DNA of 64,000 nt from contig OZ024742.1 of the NCBI GenBank assembly GCA_964016885.1, positions 20,150,001-20,214,000 of the forward strand, in the 5' to 3' direction. Below, in pieces: positions 41,054-56,469 of the stretch. Source of the DNA: Eledone cirrhosa. Taxonomy: Eukaryota. The position numbers and the translations under genes are program-made. Every line of letters begins with the position of its first letter. Position 1 is the first letter of the stretch. Under the pieces are notes generated by a model. It saw nothing but the letters and a program-made list of their open reading frames with translations. It did no database searches and was not told the origin of the DNA.

Positions 41054-44000
41054 TAACTTTGATACTTTTCGGCCAGTATTGGACCAGGCCATGTCTAACT
41101 TAATAGCACTACCTGCCGAAGTCTTACAAATCAGAGTTTGAGCACCATGGCCCACTCGGGCAGAGAGTTATTGTTTACGGAGGCATATCCGGGCGTAGGA
41201 GGCTTATCCGTGATTTCTTGAAGAAATTTATCAAAAAGACTTCTTAAACTTGATGGGGTTTGTCTCTGCTTTGATGTGTTTTGGTGTAATGTTAAAGAGT
41301 GCAGGGCCAATTGAGGTGAAATAATTGTGCCGTATTGTTTTGTGTGGGCGGAGAGCACGGGTACCAAGCCTTGGGTGTACACTAAAGGTGATGCCAACAT
41401 CATTTGGGCTAAGCTGATGGAATATTTTCCACATCATACAGATAATGTAGCGCTCACGGCGACGTTGAAGAGAATAACATTTGAGCTTTTCTAAACGACC
41501 CCAATAGTCAAGGCCTGTCATGCCAACTATCTTTTTTTGTAATTGACATTTGGGGGGGTTTCAACTTTCATGATACTTTGTTTCGTGTGGGATGACCACA
41601 GTGGACAACAGTATTCAAGGTGGGGTCGGGCAAAAGTGGAGAAGAGAAGGACAACAGTGTGGATATCTCTCGACTGGAAAGTTCTGAGAATCCAGGAACA
41701 TATTCTGCGGGCCATAAAACTTTGCTGTTTATATGAGTGGCCCAGCTTATATTGTTGTCCACAATTACTCCCAGGTCTCTGATGTTATTGGAAGCCACTA
41801 GAGTTTCACCAGAAGGAAGAGAGTATGGTAGTTTCAGAGCATACTTTTTTCCAAAGTGGATTAATTCAAATTTATCCTCATTCAACAGCATATTATTCAT
41901 CTCTGCCCATTGGATAACAGCCTGTAGGTCTGACTGAAGGCAAGTCCGGTCACCCACCTCATTGATGATCCTTTGGAGCTTGGAATCATCTGCGAAGATT
42001 CTGATGTTACTGTGTTTGATGATGTCAGTAATGTCATTAATGTAGATGATGAAAAGAAGTGGGCCCAACACAGTGCCTCGTGGGACGTCACTGCTGACTT
42101 TGGCAGGGCTTGATTTTACTCCTTCGACTGCAACATGCTGGGTTCTGCCTGTCAGGAAACATTTGATCCACTGTAGTAACCTTCCAGAGACACCAACATT
42201 GGATAGTTTTTTCAGTAGAATCTTATAATCAACCCTGTCGAAGGCCTTACTGAAATCAAGGTAGATGACATCAGTGTTGGAGCCCTCTCCCAAGGCTCTC
42301 AAAACATCGTCAAAGTGATGCAGGAGCTGCGTTAGGCAGTCCCTTCCATTACGGAATCCATGTTGGTTGGAGTTCAGCAGGCCGTTGCTTTCAAGAAAGT
42401 GGGTTATTCGTGATATCACCACCCTCTCAAATACCTTGATAATATGAGAGGTGAGTGAGATCGGACGGTAGTTCACTTCAAGGGACTTATTTCCCTTTTT
42501 AAAGACTGGGACAACGGACTGGGACAGAAAGTTTTCAGGAATATAGCCAGTGTCCAGTGAGTTCCCCCACAGATTAGCAAGAGGAGTTGCAAGTTGGTGT
42601 CGACACACCTTCAGGACATAAGCAGGGAACTTGTCGGGGCCTACTGCTGAATTGTGTTTAATTTCTTTTATTGCCGCTAAGACATCAGGGGCGCCAAACG
42701 TTATGTCTGATATAGTGTGTTGGGGGTTAATATCACTGATACGGCCCAGATCGGCCATATCAGGGTTGCTGAAAACAGCAGTATTGTTTCTGCAGTATCT
42801 CGCACATAGTTTTGGCATTGTCCTGGAGTGTGCCATTTTCATCAACTAGGGGGCCAACAGTGGAGACGGTGACCTTGTGTTTTTTAGCGAATGAGAAGAA
42901 CACTTTGGGGTTCAGTTTGATTTTCTCAATGGCCCACGTTTCTTCAGCTATTCTCTGGTTATTGATGATGGTCATCATGCATTGCTGGAGGTTATATTTT
43001 TTTGACTCAAGCAGGGTGATAGCCATTGAATGTGTGTGTTGCTGTTGGCAGTATCTTAGTGTGTTCATTTTTTTGTTTGTTCTTTTTATTTTTCTGATAA
43101 TTGTTTTTCTGTTTTGCGGGATACTGCACTTGGTTTTGTTCACAGGTTTTGGTCGGGTGTGTTTTGTACATATATTTGTGACAGTGTCTACAAAGATCTG
43201 CCAAGATGTTTTGTTGTTGGTAGAAGTGTGTGCGTATGTAAAAGACCAGTCGACATGCGATAGTTCGTTCATAATTGCATCCCAGTTGGCATTGTAGAGA
43301 TCCATGTTATCAAATGGGTGGGCTGGAGAGAGGACCCTGGGATTAGCTTTCGGCTGGTGGAATCTCAGGTTACAAAGAACCATGTCATGGTCTGAGAGAA
43401 GGGTTTTTTCCACTGTAATAATATGTATAGTGTTAGTGTGGTTACTAAACACTAGATCCAGAATGTTCTTCTGTTGCCTCGTTGGTGCAAGGACAAGTTG
43501 GGACAAGAAAAACTCATTCATGAAGTCAAGAAGTGACTCGACAGCCTCTTTGTCAGTGGTTGAGGCTGTGGAGCCTGGTTTCAAACTATATGTAGACCAA
43601 TCGACACAGGGTAGATTAAAGTCTCCCATCAAAAGTATGTTGCTAGAATGGCACTGTTTAATAAAGCATTTAATACTGTTGAGGCATTCTTTGAAACAGA
43701 TTATGGGTGTTTGTGGCGGCCTATAGAGCCCAACTAATGTCAGGTCATTGGCTTTATTGTGCACAGTGACTGATTCACAGTATCCATTAGAGAATGTTGT
43801 GTTGCCATCTGCCGTAAAGGAATCATGCAGGAAAAAGGGCAGTTCCACCCTGCCTTCTGCCAACACGATCCGCACGGATGGTTGTAACATTTCTCACTCT
43901 TACTTCGGCCTCCAAGTGGGAGTTGTCAAGGTGGGTCTCAGTAAGAATGAAGAAGGTGATGTGAAATGGAGGGTTACGAACCCAATCCTCAATGAATTGG

Positions 44001-44680
44001 ATCTTCCATTTCTGTGCATTGATGGATGGGCTGATACCTTGTGTATTGAGTAAGAATCTGGAGGCTAGTGTGGTGGCTGGTTTTGACTGTTGCAGAGGCC
44101 TTGTTTTGTGATTGTGTGTTAGTGACAGCAAGGATGGTGTTGGGTGATGGCTGAAATGTTTTTCTCTATCTCTTTTGCCAGATTCATGGCTAAAAAAGAA
44201 AGATTTGTTTTTTTGTTCAGGGAGCAGTTTTTGATTGGATTTGTGGTTACAACATTGGATAGGGTTGCAGTTCCCTCTTTTGTTGTTGTTGTTGTATTTG
44301 TTGTAATTGTGTCTTTGGGAAAAGACTGGAGCAGCATTATTTTTGTTGTTGTTGTATTTGTTGTTGTTGTGATCATGTCTTTGTGACAAGACTGGAGCAG
44401 CATTACATTTGTTGTTTTTGTTGTTGTAATCATGTCTTTGTGAGGAGACTGGAGCAGCATTACCGCAGCAGTGGGTGGCTTTATTGTGGTTTGTGGGTTG
44501 GCATGGAGCCCCTTTTCTGTTCGTGCGTTGTGTCCCAGGAAGATGAGTGAAGGGACAGTCAGTCAGCAGACATAGCCTCTCACGTTGGGAATGTTGGCAG
44601 ATTTTGGGACTGCGACCTATACGTGCGGGCAGCGTGTTTTGGTGATGGCTGGCAGTGTTAGTGCGCTTAGTACCCGGTAA
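41054..44680 (-). mobile_element. CR1-like LINE with APE endonuclease and RT (frameshifted) plus an upstream ORF1-like remnant containing ~57-60-bp repeats
   Basis: LNTQG, LTETHL, GLYRPP, MGDFN, ILDLVF, LSDH; RT motifs as in 37401-39283; repeats at 44300-44460. Confidence 0.9.
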
Positions 44681-44816
<136 letters not shown>

Positions 44817-44842
44817 CTATATCTATCTATCTATCTATCTAT

Positions 44843-45316
<474 letters not shown>

Positions 45317-45999
45317 GCTCTCTCAGATATTGAATATTTGCAACAACATAAAATATCGTATAAACAACCTCTTGATGTTTTGCTCTACTATTTAGTTTGG
45401 TACAGCTATATATTATAATAATTTGCCTTCTCTACTATATCGCATGTACACATTTAACCTTTTCTGATAAATATTGATTGGAGTATAAGCAGTAGCAACA
45501 GCACCAACAGCAACAGCTGCAGCAGTGAATCAGTGAAGGTAAAAGTATAGAGTAAATTACTCAGATCGATAGAAGTGTTAAGAGTTGTCCGTTTAGCTGA
45601 AACCAAGCTACAAGGTACGAAGAGAAAAATAACGAATTAATGCTAAGAAAAGCTATAATAAGCAGTAAAAGTAAGGATAAAGACTTCTACAACAGAACCA
45701 CACACACACAACTTAAAGAGGATTGTGGATTTCAGTTCTCTGAAGCTGTTGTATTGCTGTTTGTTGTGAAATAATGTAACAATGTAACAATGCACTATAT
45801 ACTATATAATATATGATATATAATATATTATATATGATATATAATATATAATATATTATATATAATATATAATATATTATGTATTATATATGATATATAA
45901 TATATAATATATGATATATGATATATAATAGAGTTGTAACGCATCCACAAACATGTATAGGCAGGCAACACAAGCTAAAGCAAAATAGTATATATATAT

Positions 46000-46136
46000 A
46001 TATTTATTAAAATAACAGATTAAAGTTTAAGCAAAGAATCGCTGCTTTCACCCTTAATGGGATCTTCTGAAGATCCCATTAAGGGTGAAAGCACCGATTC
46101 TTTGCTTAAACTTTAATCTGTTATTTTAATAAATAT
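46000..46136. repeat. 137-bp palindrome centred inside an HHR core; same family as 1568-1630, 20520-20575 and 62034-62130
   Basis: Centre atcttc-t-gaagat at 46068. Confidence 0.88.
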
Positions 46137-46139
46137 TTG

Positions 46140-46198
<59 letters not shown>

Positions 46199-46203
<5 letters not shown>

Positions 46204-46826
46204 TCTCCTTTGAGCACATTATTTACAGGGAATAGCGAGGGCCTATGCCTCCGCTAATTTATAGTGATATTTCGCTCCTAATAACAGTCTTTCCTAACTC
46301 TGTTTGGTTGAGCACACTTCTCTGAGTGGCTTTGGGCTGCCCTTTCTAGCAGTTCGTCCTTCAGAGGCCACTGATTCACTGCCCTTAAACACGCTGTGAC
46401 TTCTCTCTCCCACGCGTAGCTGGACAGTCAATTTTAAAATTCTCTTAGTGTTGTCTGAGATGTATAGCCTTACACACGCTGATGAACCGAGGCTAACCCA
46501 TTTCTTTCAACAAATTATTTGTGAAACATATCTTTGGATTAGTGTCTTTGGATTTGTACGTGTGTTATATAGTTATAGAGGTATTTATTTACGCTTTAAT
46601 TTATATTTTTAATTATCGTGTCTATAGTCTGCCTTTCATAGGTTATAGATTCCATACACTGGTGGTTCTTTTCCCTGTTTTATTGATAACACACTGTATA
46701 TCTCACTCTGGTGTGTTACCTTTTCAACATATATATATTTTAAAGAGCTCAGGATCTCTTCTCCTTTGAGCACATTATTTACAGGGAATAGCGAGGGCCT
46801 ATGCCTCCGTTAATTTATCGTGATAT
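46199..46826 (+). mobile_element. ORF-less ~557-bp unit with ~70-bp terminal direct repeat and an HHR
   Basis: tcttctcctttgagcacattatttacaggg at ~46201 and ~46757. Confidence 0.75.
46472..46565 (+). ncRNA. Type I hammerhead ribozyme with weak stem II
   Basis: ACACACG-CTGATGA-...-GAAA-CATATC...GATTTG-TA-CGTGTGT; 7-bp stem I. Confidence 0.7.
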
Positions 46827-46844
46827 ATATATATACATATATAT

Positions 46845-46960
<116 letters not shown>

Positions 46961-46986
46961 GTATATATATATACATATATATATAC

Positions 46987-47016
<30 letters not shown>

Positions 47017-47020
<4 letters not shown>

Positions 47021-47465
47021 GAGAGACGTAAAATAAGAAAATTATAAAATTAACTTACTTACTAAAAAATCACTTCCAACTAATTAGTTTCTGGAATGGA
47101 GTAAATATATTTTCCGAAGAAACATATGGAAAATCATTCCGTCATCAGGAAAGTCTTTTTCCGTGTAGGTCTCCAGGCATAGCGAGGACGCTGGAAACTT
47201 ATTAAAAAAATAATTCAGTGGAATCCAGTGGAATCCAGTCCACGCTTCGCTATTTCCATTCCACTGAATTATTTTTTTAATAAGTTTCCAGTGTCCTCGC
47301 TATGCCTGGAGACCTACACGGAAAAAGACTTTCCTGATGACGGAATGATTTTCAATATGTTTCTTCGGAAAATATATTTACTCCATTCCAGAAACTAATT
47401 AGTTGGAAGTGATTTTTTAGTAAGTAAGTTAATTTTATAATTTTCTTATTTTACGTCTCTCATAT
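47017..47465. repeat. Inverted repeat (~208-bp arms, ~33-bp spacer) related to the 35347 family
   Basis: atatgagagacgtaaaat ... attttacgtctctcatat. Confidence 0.9.
47329..47409 (+). ncRNA. Type I hammerhead ribozyme (mirror copy 47073-47153, minus strand)
   Basis: CTTTC-CTGATGA-C-GGAATG...CATTCC-A-GAAA-CTAATTAG-TT-GGAAG. Confidence 0.85.
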
Positions 47466-47576
47466 TATTGTTCTGCAACCCCATGCATTGAACCACATTG
47501 TTAATAAGACAAAACCTATATATTTGCTAGCATTGATGTGCATCTGTGTGTATATAAATGTTACTAGATATAAATT

Positions 47577-47670
<94 letters not shown>

Positions 47671-47706
47671 ATACATATGTATATATATATACATATATAT
47701 ATATAT

Positions 47707-47779
<73 letters not shown>

Positions 47780-47824
47780 CATATATATATATACATATAT
47801 ATATATACATATATATATGTATAC

Positions 47825-47855
<31 letters not shown>

Positions 47856-47859
47856 AATA

Positions 47860-48610
47860 TATTAGTTTTGCGAGGTTTTTTATATGAAATCGTGTGTCGA
47901 AACAAATATTGTTATACTTGGGGAGGGTCATATTTGTGTAATATTGCCAGAATAAATAACAGAACACACTCACTGTTTGGTTGGTTTTCGCTTTTCGCTT
48001 CTGTGTCTTTTATATCGGTAATCGAATTTATTCGGTCCTCAATGTTGCCATTGACTGACTAACGCTCAAAAATAATACAGATACAATATAGACACAAACA
48101 CATATATATAGTTTATCAAAGTTCTTTCGTTGCACATCTGCAACATCGTCATGGTGCTATTGTTTCCTCCCGTTACATTGTATTTTCTACGCCATCTTTA
48201 TTTAGTCTGTTTATATATTTATTTATTTGTTTATTTTATTTTGTCTTCTTTGCGCATGCGTTTGCGTGTGTGTATAGTGTTTTGTTTGATGTGTGTTCGT
48301 GATTGGGTGATTGTGTATTGGTTAATGTATTCTATCTTTACTAGTGTGTGTTTATATGTGTTTGTTGTTATTGTGCTTGTGTATGTATTTATTTATTTAT
48401 TTATCTATTTATTTATTTATACTTCTCTTAGGTCAGTGTTGTTTGTTTGGGTGTTGTTGTTATTCCATTCATTCTTTCTGTTTAGCCTTGGCCTTCTAAG
48501 TTCTATTTCACTGGCCTCTCTGATTTGCCTATCTGCTGGGTCATTTCTATGTTTAGATATTATTCTAATTTCTATGTTGTCTATGTTACCGTCGTGTTGT
48601 TGTCTGGCAT
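47860..48610 (-). mobile_element. PLE 3' end: GIY-YIG C-terminus, 3' UTR and a damaged HHR (48115-48155, C3 deleted)
   Basis: [14 protein letters not shown]...PRLNRKNEW; homologous to 59200-59700. Confidence 0.8.
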
Positions 48611-48647
48611 GTATATATATAACAATATATAAATATATATATATACA

Positions 48648-48689
<42 letters not shown>

Positions 48690-48744
48690 CATATATATAT
48701 ACATATATATATATACATATATATATACATATATATATATATAC

Positions 48745-48849
<105 letters not shown>

Positions 48850-48923
48850 TATACACACATATATATATAAATATATAGATATATAGATATAAATATATAT
48901 ATATATATATACACATATAAATA

Positions 48924-48962
<39 letters not shown>

Positions 48963-48965
<3 letters not shown>

Positions 48966-50467
48966 TGGCTGCAAACTCGTTTTCGAGTGCGGCCACTACT
49001 TTATATCCATGTAGGAGAACCCCTACCGATGCGCTGAACGAGTGTGGCTTTTTAGTCCAGCCAGCAACTTGAAAACTCTGGTACAAACACGACACTTGTG
49101 ACAATTATTGACACTTAGTGCTGAGCCCATGGTACCATGTGACCCAAGGTGTCGTGTGAGATCACTACTCGACCTGCATACCCTTCCACAAACATTACAT
49201 GTCGTCGTCTGATGAACACTTATAGCTCCACAGGTGCCTGCTTCCCTGTTCTTGTACCCTCTCAGGTGACTCTTTAGACCTGCCATGCTCAGACAAACCC
49301 TATTACAGGTCTCACATGTCAGGTCAGGCCGTCTGTCAGTGCCTTCAGGAAGGCCAACATAGATTCCTTTCCAGACATCTCTTTTTAGTGTCGCGTGCCT
49401 TCTTCTTGTTTCCTCAAATAGACTCTTGCCACTAGCCACTGCTTTCCTCCAATGCGATCGGTCGCTAGCGCATGCTTCCCAGTGCTCACAAGGTATGTTA
49501 CTCTTCTTGAGCGCCCCCTTGATGCAGTCCTTAAATCGCATATTGGGTTTGCTCGTGCTCCATAAAATAGCTGCTTCGGCATTCGCTTGTCATTCATCCT
49601 TACAAGATGGCCTGTCCAGCGCAGTTGATGTTTCAAAATCAAGGACTCGACACTATCACATCCACTTCTGTCCAGAACCTCGACGTCACTGACAAACATT
49701 TGCCAGGTTATGCCGAGGATCCGACGTAAGCAGTACTGGTGGAACCTCTCAAGTTGCTTCATCTGTCTACGGTAGACCACCCACGTCTCACAAGCATAAA
49801 GAAGTGCCGTGAGCGCACACGCATGATACACTTCGAGCTTTGTCTTTACCGAAATTCAGTGTTGAGACGAGAGACGCTTGTTCAGTTTTCCAAAAGCATC
49901 ACTGGCTTTCTGTATCCTGTTTGATATTTCCCCATCAAGAACGCAGGACATACTCAGAGTGCTTCCAAGATATACAAAACTGCGAACGACCCTTAGCCTT
50001 TCACCATAAACCAAGATGTTGGGCTCACAACATGGCTTCCCAGGGGCTGGTTGGTACACGGTTACTGTCTTTTTCAGGCTTATGGTAAGTCCCAATGCAG
50101 TACACGCATTAGAAACTGCATCCATGCGATGCTGCATATCAATCTCCGTGTACACTACCAGGTCACAGTCATCTGCATAAAGCAAATCCCTGATTAGTGA
50201 CAAGTGAACCTTTGACTTAGCATTGAACCTCCTGATATTAAACAGCTTTCCAGTTGATCGATAGCGAACATATATGCCATGATTGCAGTTCCCCAAGGCC
50301 TGTTCGAAGACAATGGAGAAGTACAAAGCAAAGAGCGTTGGAGCTGGAATGTCACCCAGTTTGACTCCATTCTCGACCGTCACCGGCTCAGAGAGCTTTC
50401 CACCAACATTTACCCATGCCTTCATGTCATCATGAAACAAACGCAAAATGGAAACAGACTTCTCAGT
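48963..50467 (-). mobile_element. RTE/BovB-like LINE 3' part with C-terminal C2H2-type fingers
   Basis: GVKLGD..APTLF, LLYADD, YLGS, LLYACETW, QLRWTGH; ORF end at 49023; 3' hairpin actcg-aaaa-cgagt before (TA)n. Confidence 0.9.
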
Positions 50468-50474
50468 TTATATG

Positions 50475-50609
<135 letters not shown>

Positions 50610-50679
50610 TATATGTATACATATATATATATACATATATATATACATATATATATATACATATATATATATGCATATA

Positions 50680-50749
<70 letters not shown>

Positions 50750-50760
50750 CATATATATAT

Positions 50761-50805
<45 letters not shown>

Positions 50806-50856
50806 TATATATATATATACATATATACATATATATATATACATATATACATATGC

Positions 50857-50889
<33 letters not shown>

Positions 50890-50941
50890 ATAAATACATA
50901 TATATATTTATATATATATATATACACATATATATATATAC

Positions 50942-50994
<53 letters not shown>

Positions 50995-50996
50995 CG

Positions 50997-51035
<39 letters not shown>

Positions 51036-51067
51036 GAGAAAAACCACAGACCCTCCATCTCAACTCA

Positions 51068-51105
51068 TCTTTTGAAAAGCAGAAGAACTGCTAAACCGGT
51101 AAAGG
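51068..51105 (+). ncRNA. Hammerhead-like motif with U3-A8 core and TAAA instead of GAAA (probably inactive)
   Basis: TCTT-TTGAAAA-GCAG aagaa CTGC-TAAA-CCGG-TA-AAGG. Confidence 0.55.
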
Positions 51106-51233
51106 AACCAAATATATATATATTTAAAAAGAAAATAAGACTCCAGTCGCATTTTCGATTTCATCTCTTTTCTTTATACTTTCACTCGTGTAGGACACCT
51201 CGGTTATTTTTCATTTTGTAAAAAAAACCTCAC

Positions 51234-51291
<58 letters not shown>

Positions 51292-51334
51292 GGTGCGTTA
51301 TGGTCCACCTGGTTCCTTACCACATTTCCTTCGT

Positions 51335-51359
<25 letters not shown>

Positions 51360-51376
<17 letters not shown>

Positions 51377-52907
51377 ACGAAGGAAATGTGGTAAGGAACC
51401 AGGTGGACCATAACGCACCAAAGTACTCAATACTTAGGGTAGTAGAGTGGGTAATAGGAACGAGTAGGACCCCGACGGCTGAGCTCAAGCCGTTTCAACG
51501 GCTAATTCACCCTTCGACGTCAGCATGGGCGCGACGGATTCGGCTGAGTTCACAGATCTTATAGGATTATTCCTACTAGTTAAACTCACCGATATGTTTC
51601 CTGCATTCGGCGGTGGATTGTACCGCGATGATGGGCTCCTTACCCTTAAAGGGTACAACCCCAGTAGTACAGATCGGGTCCGTAAAAATTAATCAGCTTC
51701 TTCCGCGACTGGGGATTTAAAATAACCCTACAAACGTCCCTGACCCGAGTAAACTTCCTGGATGTTACCCTTGACCTCGATAATGATCTGTACTACCCAT
51801 ACAGGAAACCCAACGACAACCTGCACTACATCCACTGCCGGTCAAACCATCCTAGGAACATCACCAATAACCTGGTTAAAAACATCTCCCTCCGCATATC
51901 TCGTTTGTCCGCCAATGAGCAGATATTCGAGGAACAGGCGCCTTATTACAACCAAGCCCTCAAGCGGAGTGGTTTCCGGGAGGAAATATCCTACTGTCCA
52001 GCTTCCATTAGCGGAACCAGCAGGCGACACCGCTGCTCACGCAATGTAACATGGTTCAATTCTTCCCACAACGCCGAGGTGACAACTCCTATCGGGAAAA
52101 TCTTCTTTAGGCTCATCGAAAAACACTTCCCACTACAACACAGCTACCACAACATAATTAACAAAAATACCATCAAACTCTCCTACAGCACCACACCAAA
52201 CTTTGCACAAAACATCGTCTCCTCTAACAACAAAAAACTCAACCCCTATGGAAGAAATAACCTAAATAGCATTGGAGAGCCGACCAGGAGGTGCACCTGT
52301 CCTGATGGATCCATTTGCCTCCTCGACAACAGATGCAGAGATCGTAATGTGATCTACCAGTGCAACGTGAGGACGGACATCTCCAACAAAGCTTATATAG
52401 GATTAACCGCATGTGACTTCAAGAACGGCTATACCAACACAGACATATTTTCCGAAACCCGGCCCGGCGTCACGCCACCACACTTTCGGACCACATCTGG
52501 GACCTCAAAGACAACAATATCACCTATGATCTCACTTGGAGCTTACTGTCCAGAGCCAACTCTTACACGGGAGGACGCCGTCCGTGCAAGTTATGCTCGG
52601 AGGAAACTTTACAAATGCTGTTTCCGACGGACCAACTCCTAAACAGGAAAGACGAACTGGTAATTGCATGCAAACACAGATTGCATAGGACTTACCTAGC
52701 CCAGAAAGCCCATAATGACCGGGGGGGGGGGGGTGTAGACAAGGGCTGTAATTCCCCACTTGCCGATTTTGTAATGGGTAACCCCTGCTTGCAAAGGAAG
52801 ACGCGCTCCATCATCTACCTTTCTAAAAAATAAATCATACACAAAACGCAGTCCAGAATTAGCCGTCGAAACGGCTTGAGCTCAGCCGTCGGGGTCCTAC
52901 TCGTTCC
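51360..52907 (+). mobile_element. 5'-truncated Hydra-like PLE (RT to GIY-YIG, 51510-52700) preceded by an inverted 3'-end copy (51360-51509)
   Basis: [47 protein letters not shown]; frameshifted. Confidence 0.88.
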
Positions 52908-52925
52908 TATATATATACATATATA

Positions 52926-53029
<104 letters not shown>

Positions 53030-53030
53030 C

Positions 53031-53111
<81 letters not shown>

Positions 53112-53113
<2 letters not shown>

Positions 53114-55673
53114 GGAGGTGAGTTTTATTGTAGTACAATAAAGCAATGCAGATATCGGATAAGAAGCACTCTACAGTTTGTAGGACTGGAGTATGCATAA
53201 TATAAGATCAAAAGATGGTTAAAGGAGTTCCATGTATTTTATTATGCGCATTTCAAAAACAAACATCATCATGCAATAATATTTGTGTTTTCATCAGATA
53301 AAACAGGAGAACATGATATGAAGGCTAAAAAACACTTGTGGATAGTGCAGTTTTAAATCAACATATGAAAAGTGGTTTTAGATTGATGTGTGATATTGGG
53401 AAAAAATATTTTATTTAGAGAGGGGGGGGGGAGGATGAAAAGGGAAGGAGATGAGAGGGAGAGATGGGTGATAGAGAGAAAGAGATAGTTTTTATAACTG
53501 AGAGGAGATATATTTTTTACATAGAGAGGTTGAAAACCGTTGGAAGATACTGTATAAATTAAGAATTTTGAAAATTAACGAAGGGAGGATATGTGCGAGG
53601 AAAGAATATTTTATTTAGGGAGGGGGGGATGAAAAAAAGGGGGAGGAGATGAGAGTGAAGGTGGAGAGGGAGAGATGGGTGATAGAGAGAAAGAGATAGT
53701 TTTTATAACTGAGAAAAAGATATATTGTTTTAACATAGAGAGGTTGGGAACCGTTGGAAGATAATGTATAAATTAAAGGAATTTGAAAATTAACGAAGGG
53801 AAATTATGTATGAAGATAGAGAGAAAAAAATAATAATTGTGGATGAATATTCTAACGTCAAAAAAAGAAATGTATATATTGTGGCAATTTCAAAATTAAC
53901 GAAGAGAAAAATTATTAAGGTTTGTGTGTAGAAGGATTTCCTTCCAATATTGAATTTCATAATAACAGTAATAGTACTCCCGACGTCATTGTAAACCCTA
54001 GGCTAACTTCTGTAAATCCAAATACAACGTCAAACACAACTTCGCTAAATGTTCATAATCCAACTCTAAATCAAGAAACTATTATTCCTATTATTCCTAT
54101 CGCAAACAACTTCTCCAATCCAATTCCTTCTATAAATAACACTAGATCACTCATTAATAATCTCTCTAATTGCAACTGCCGCATTAAAAATAAATGTCCT
54201 CTCAACAACCATTGTCTCGATAAAAACTTAATTTATGAATGTAAAATTATAATTAGCACCAATTCCTTCACCTATTTGGCTCCACTTCCACCTCTTTTAA
54301 AGCTCGTCTCTATAATCATCATTCATCTTTCAAATACAAACTTAAAAGAACTAACACTGCTCTCTCAGAACTCATATGGTCCTTAAAAGACAAAAACATT
54401 AAATATACCATCTTTTGGAAGAAGATTTCTTCTGCATCCTCATACTTGAACAGCTCTCTATCTAAAATCTGTAATCTCTGCCTAAATGAAAAATTTACCA
54501 TTATCTCTAACCTAGATTCTATAATAAATAGACGCACAGATTTGTTTTCTATCTGCCTGCATAAATTCCATAGAACTTTTCACAAAGTATACAGTTAATA
54601 TTCAATTCTTTATCAATTTAGAATCTTTTCTCAAAGGCACATATACATACACCTCTTTAAAATATACCCATCTACCTTACTTTAAAGGGCATTATACACT
54701 CTATAATACTTGTTTACTCATTACCCTCATTCTATCTTCACCTTGTAAAATCATAACATATACAATATTCATCCGCAATCATTATTATTTTTTCTCTCTA
54801 TCATAAATCTTTTTAATCTCAATTTCATCCTTAATTTATTATTTTTTTCTCCCCATCAACGAACTCATTATTAATACATATTAACTCTTTATTCGCATAT
54901 ATTATCAATTCAACCAATATACAAACTTTAACTTCACATTATTTTTCTACACACAAACCTTAATAATTTTTCTCTTCGTTAATTTTGAAATTGCCACAAT
55001 ATATACATTTCTTTTTTTGACGTTAGAATATTCATCCACAATTATTATTTTTTTCTCTCTATCTTCATACATAATTTCCCTTCGTTAATTTTCAAATTCC
55101 TTTAATTTATACATTATCTTCCAACGGTTCCCAACCTCTCTATGTTAAAACAATATATCTTTTTCTCAGTTATAAAAACTATCTCTTTCTCTCTATCACC
55201 CATCTCTCCCTCTCCACCTTCACTCTCATCTCCTCCCCCTTTTTTTCATCCCCCCCTCCCTAAATAAAATATTTTTTCCTCGCACATATCCTCCCTTCGT
55301 TAATTTTCAAAATTCTTAATTTATACAGTATCTTCCAACGGTTTTCAACCTCTCTATGTAAAAAAATATATCTCCTCTCAGTTATAAAAACTATCTCTTT
55401 CTCTCTATCACCCATCTCTCCCTCTCATCTCCTTCCCTTTTCATCCTCCCCCCCCCTCTCTAAATAAAATATTTTTTCCCAATATCACACATCAATCTAA
55501 AACCACTTTTCATATGTTGATTTAAAACTGCACTATCCACAAGTGTTTTTTAGCCTTCATATCATGTTCTCCTGTTTTATCTGATGAAAACACAAATATT
55601 ATTGCATGATGATGTTTGTTTTTGAAATGCGCATAATAAAATACATGGAACTCCTTTAACCATCTTTTGATCT

Positions 55674-55680
<7 letters not shown>
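53112..55680. mobile_element. Hydra-like PLE 3' fragment (GIY-YIG on plus, ~54165-54597) between 736-bp inverted arms (53198-53933 / 54945-55680)
   Basis: CNCRIKNKCPL..NLIYECK, CNLCLNEK; arms nearly identical. Confidence 0.9.
55575..55641 (+). ncRNA. Type I hammerhead ribozyme (mirror copy 53237-53303, minus strand)
   Basis: TTTTAT-CTGATGA-stem II-GAAA-TGCGCA-TA-ATAAAA. Confidence 0.85.
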
Positions 55681-55745
<65 letters not shown>

Positions 55746-56124
55746 GGAAATCCGTAAAATCGGATCTCTGGCGGTTTGCAAGTAAATTAGGCCTACTTAT
55801 ATGAAATGATGAGTTAGCAAAGCACTCGATAAGATAGGACCTCAGAGTAATAACACGTTTAAATAGCTTGACAAATCGAACATTGTGGTAGGCGAAACTA
55901 ACACACAATATATACCAAAGTAACGATAGAACTAATCAGGTTGAGAAAAGTACACCTGGACAAATCAAACGAACAATCGTTTAAAGCGAAATCAAATATC
56001 AGACTTACGTGAATGGCAAGCTCATGGTATTGGTGATCGAACAATATATATACATATATATATATACATATATATATTTATATATATATATATATATACA
56101 TTTATATATATACATATATATATT

Positions 56125-56196
<72 letters not shown>

Positions 56197-56267
56197 TATA
56201 TATATATAGATATATAGATATATACTTATATATATATACATATATATATATTTATATATATATATGT

Positions 56268-56421
<154 letters not shown>

Positions 56422-56469
56422 ATATAGACATATATATATATATATACATACAAATATATACATATATAT

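Noticed and set aside
47885-47920. Plus-strand GAAACAAATATTGTT as an HHR 3' half
   Set aside because: No upstream core; the family's coding remnant and HHR are on the opposite strand
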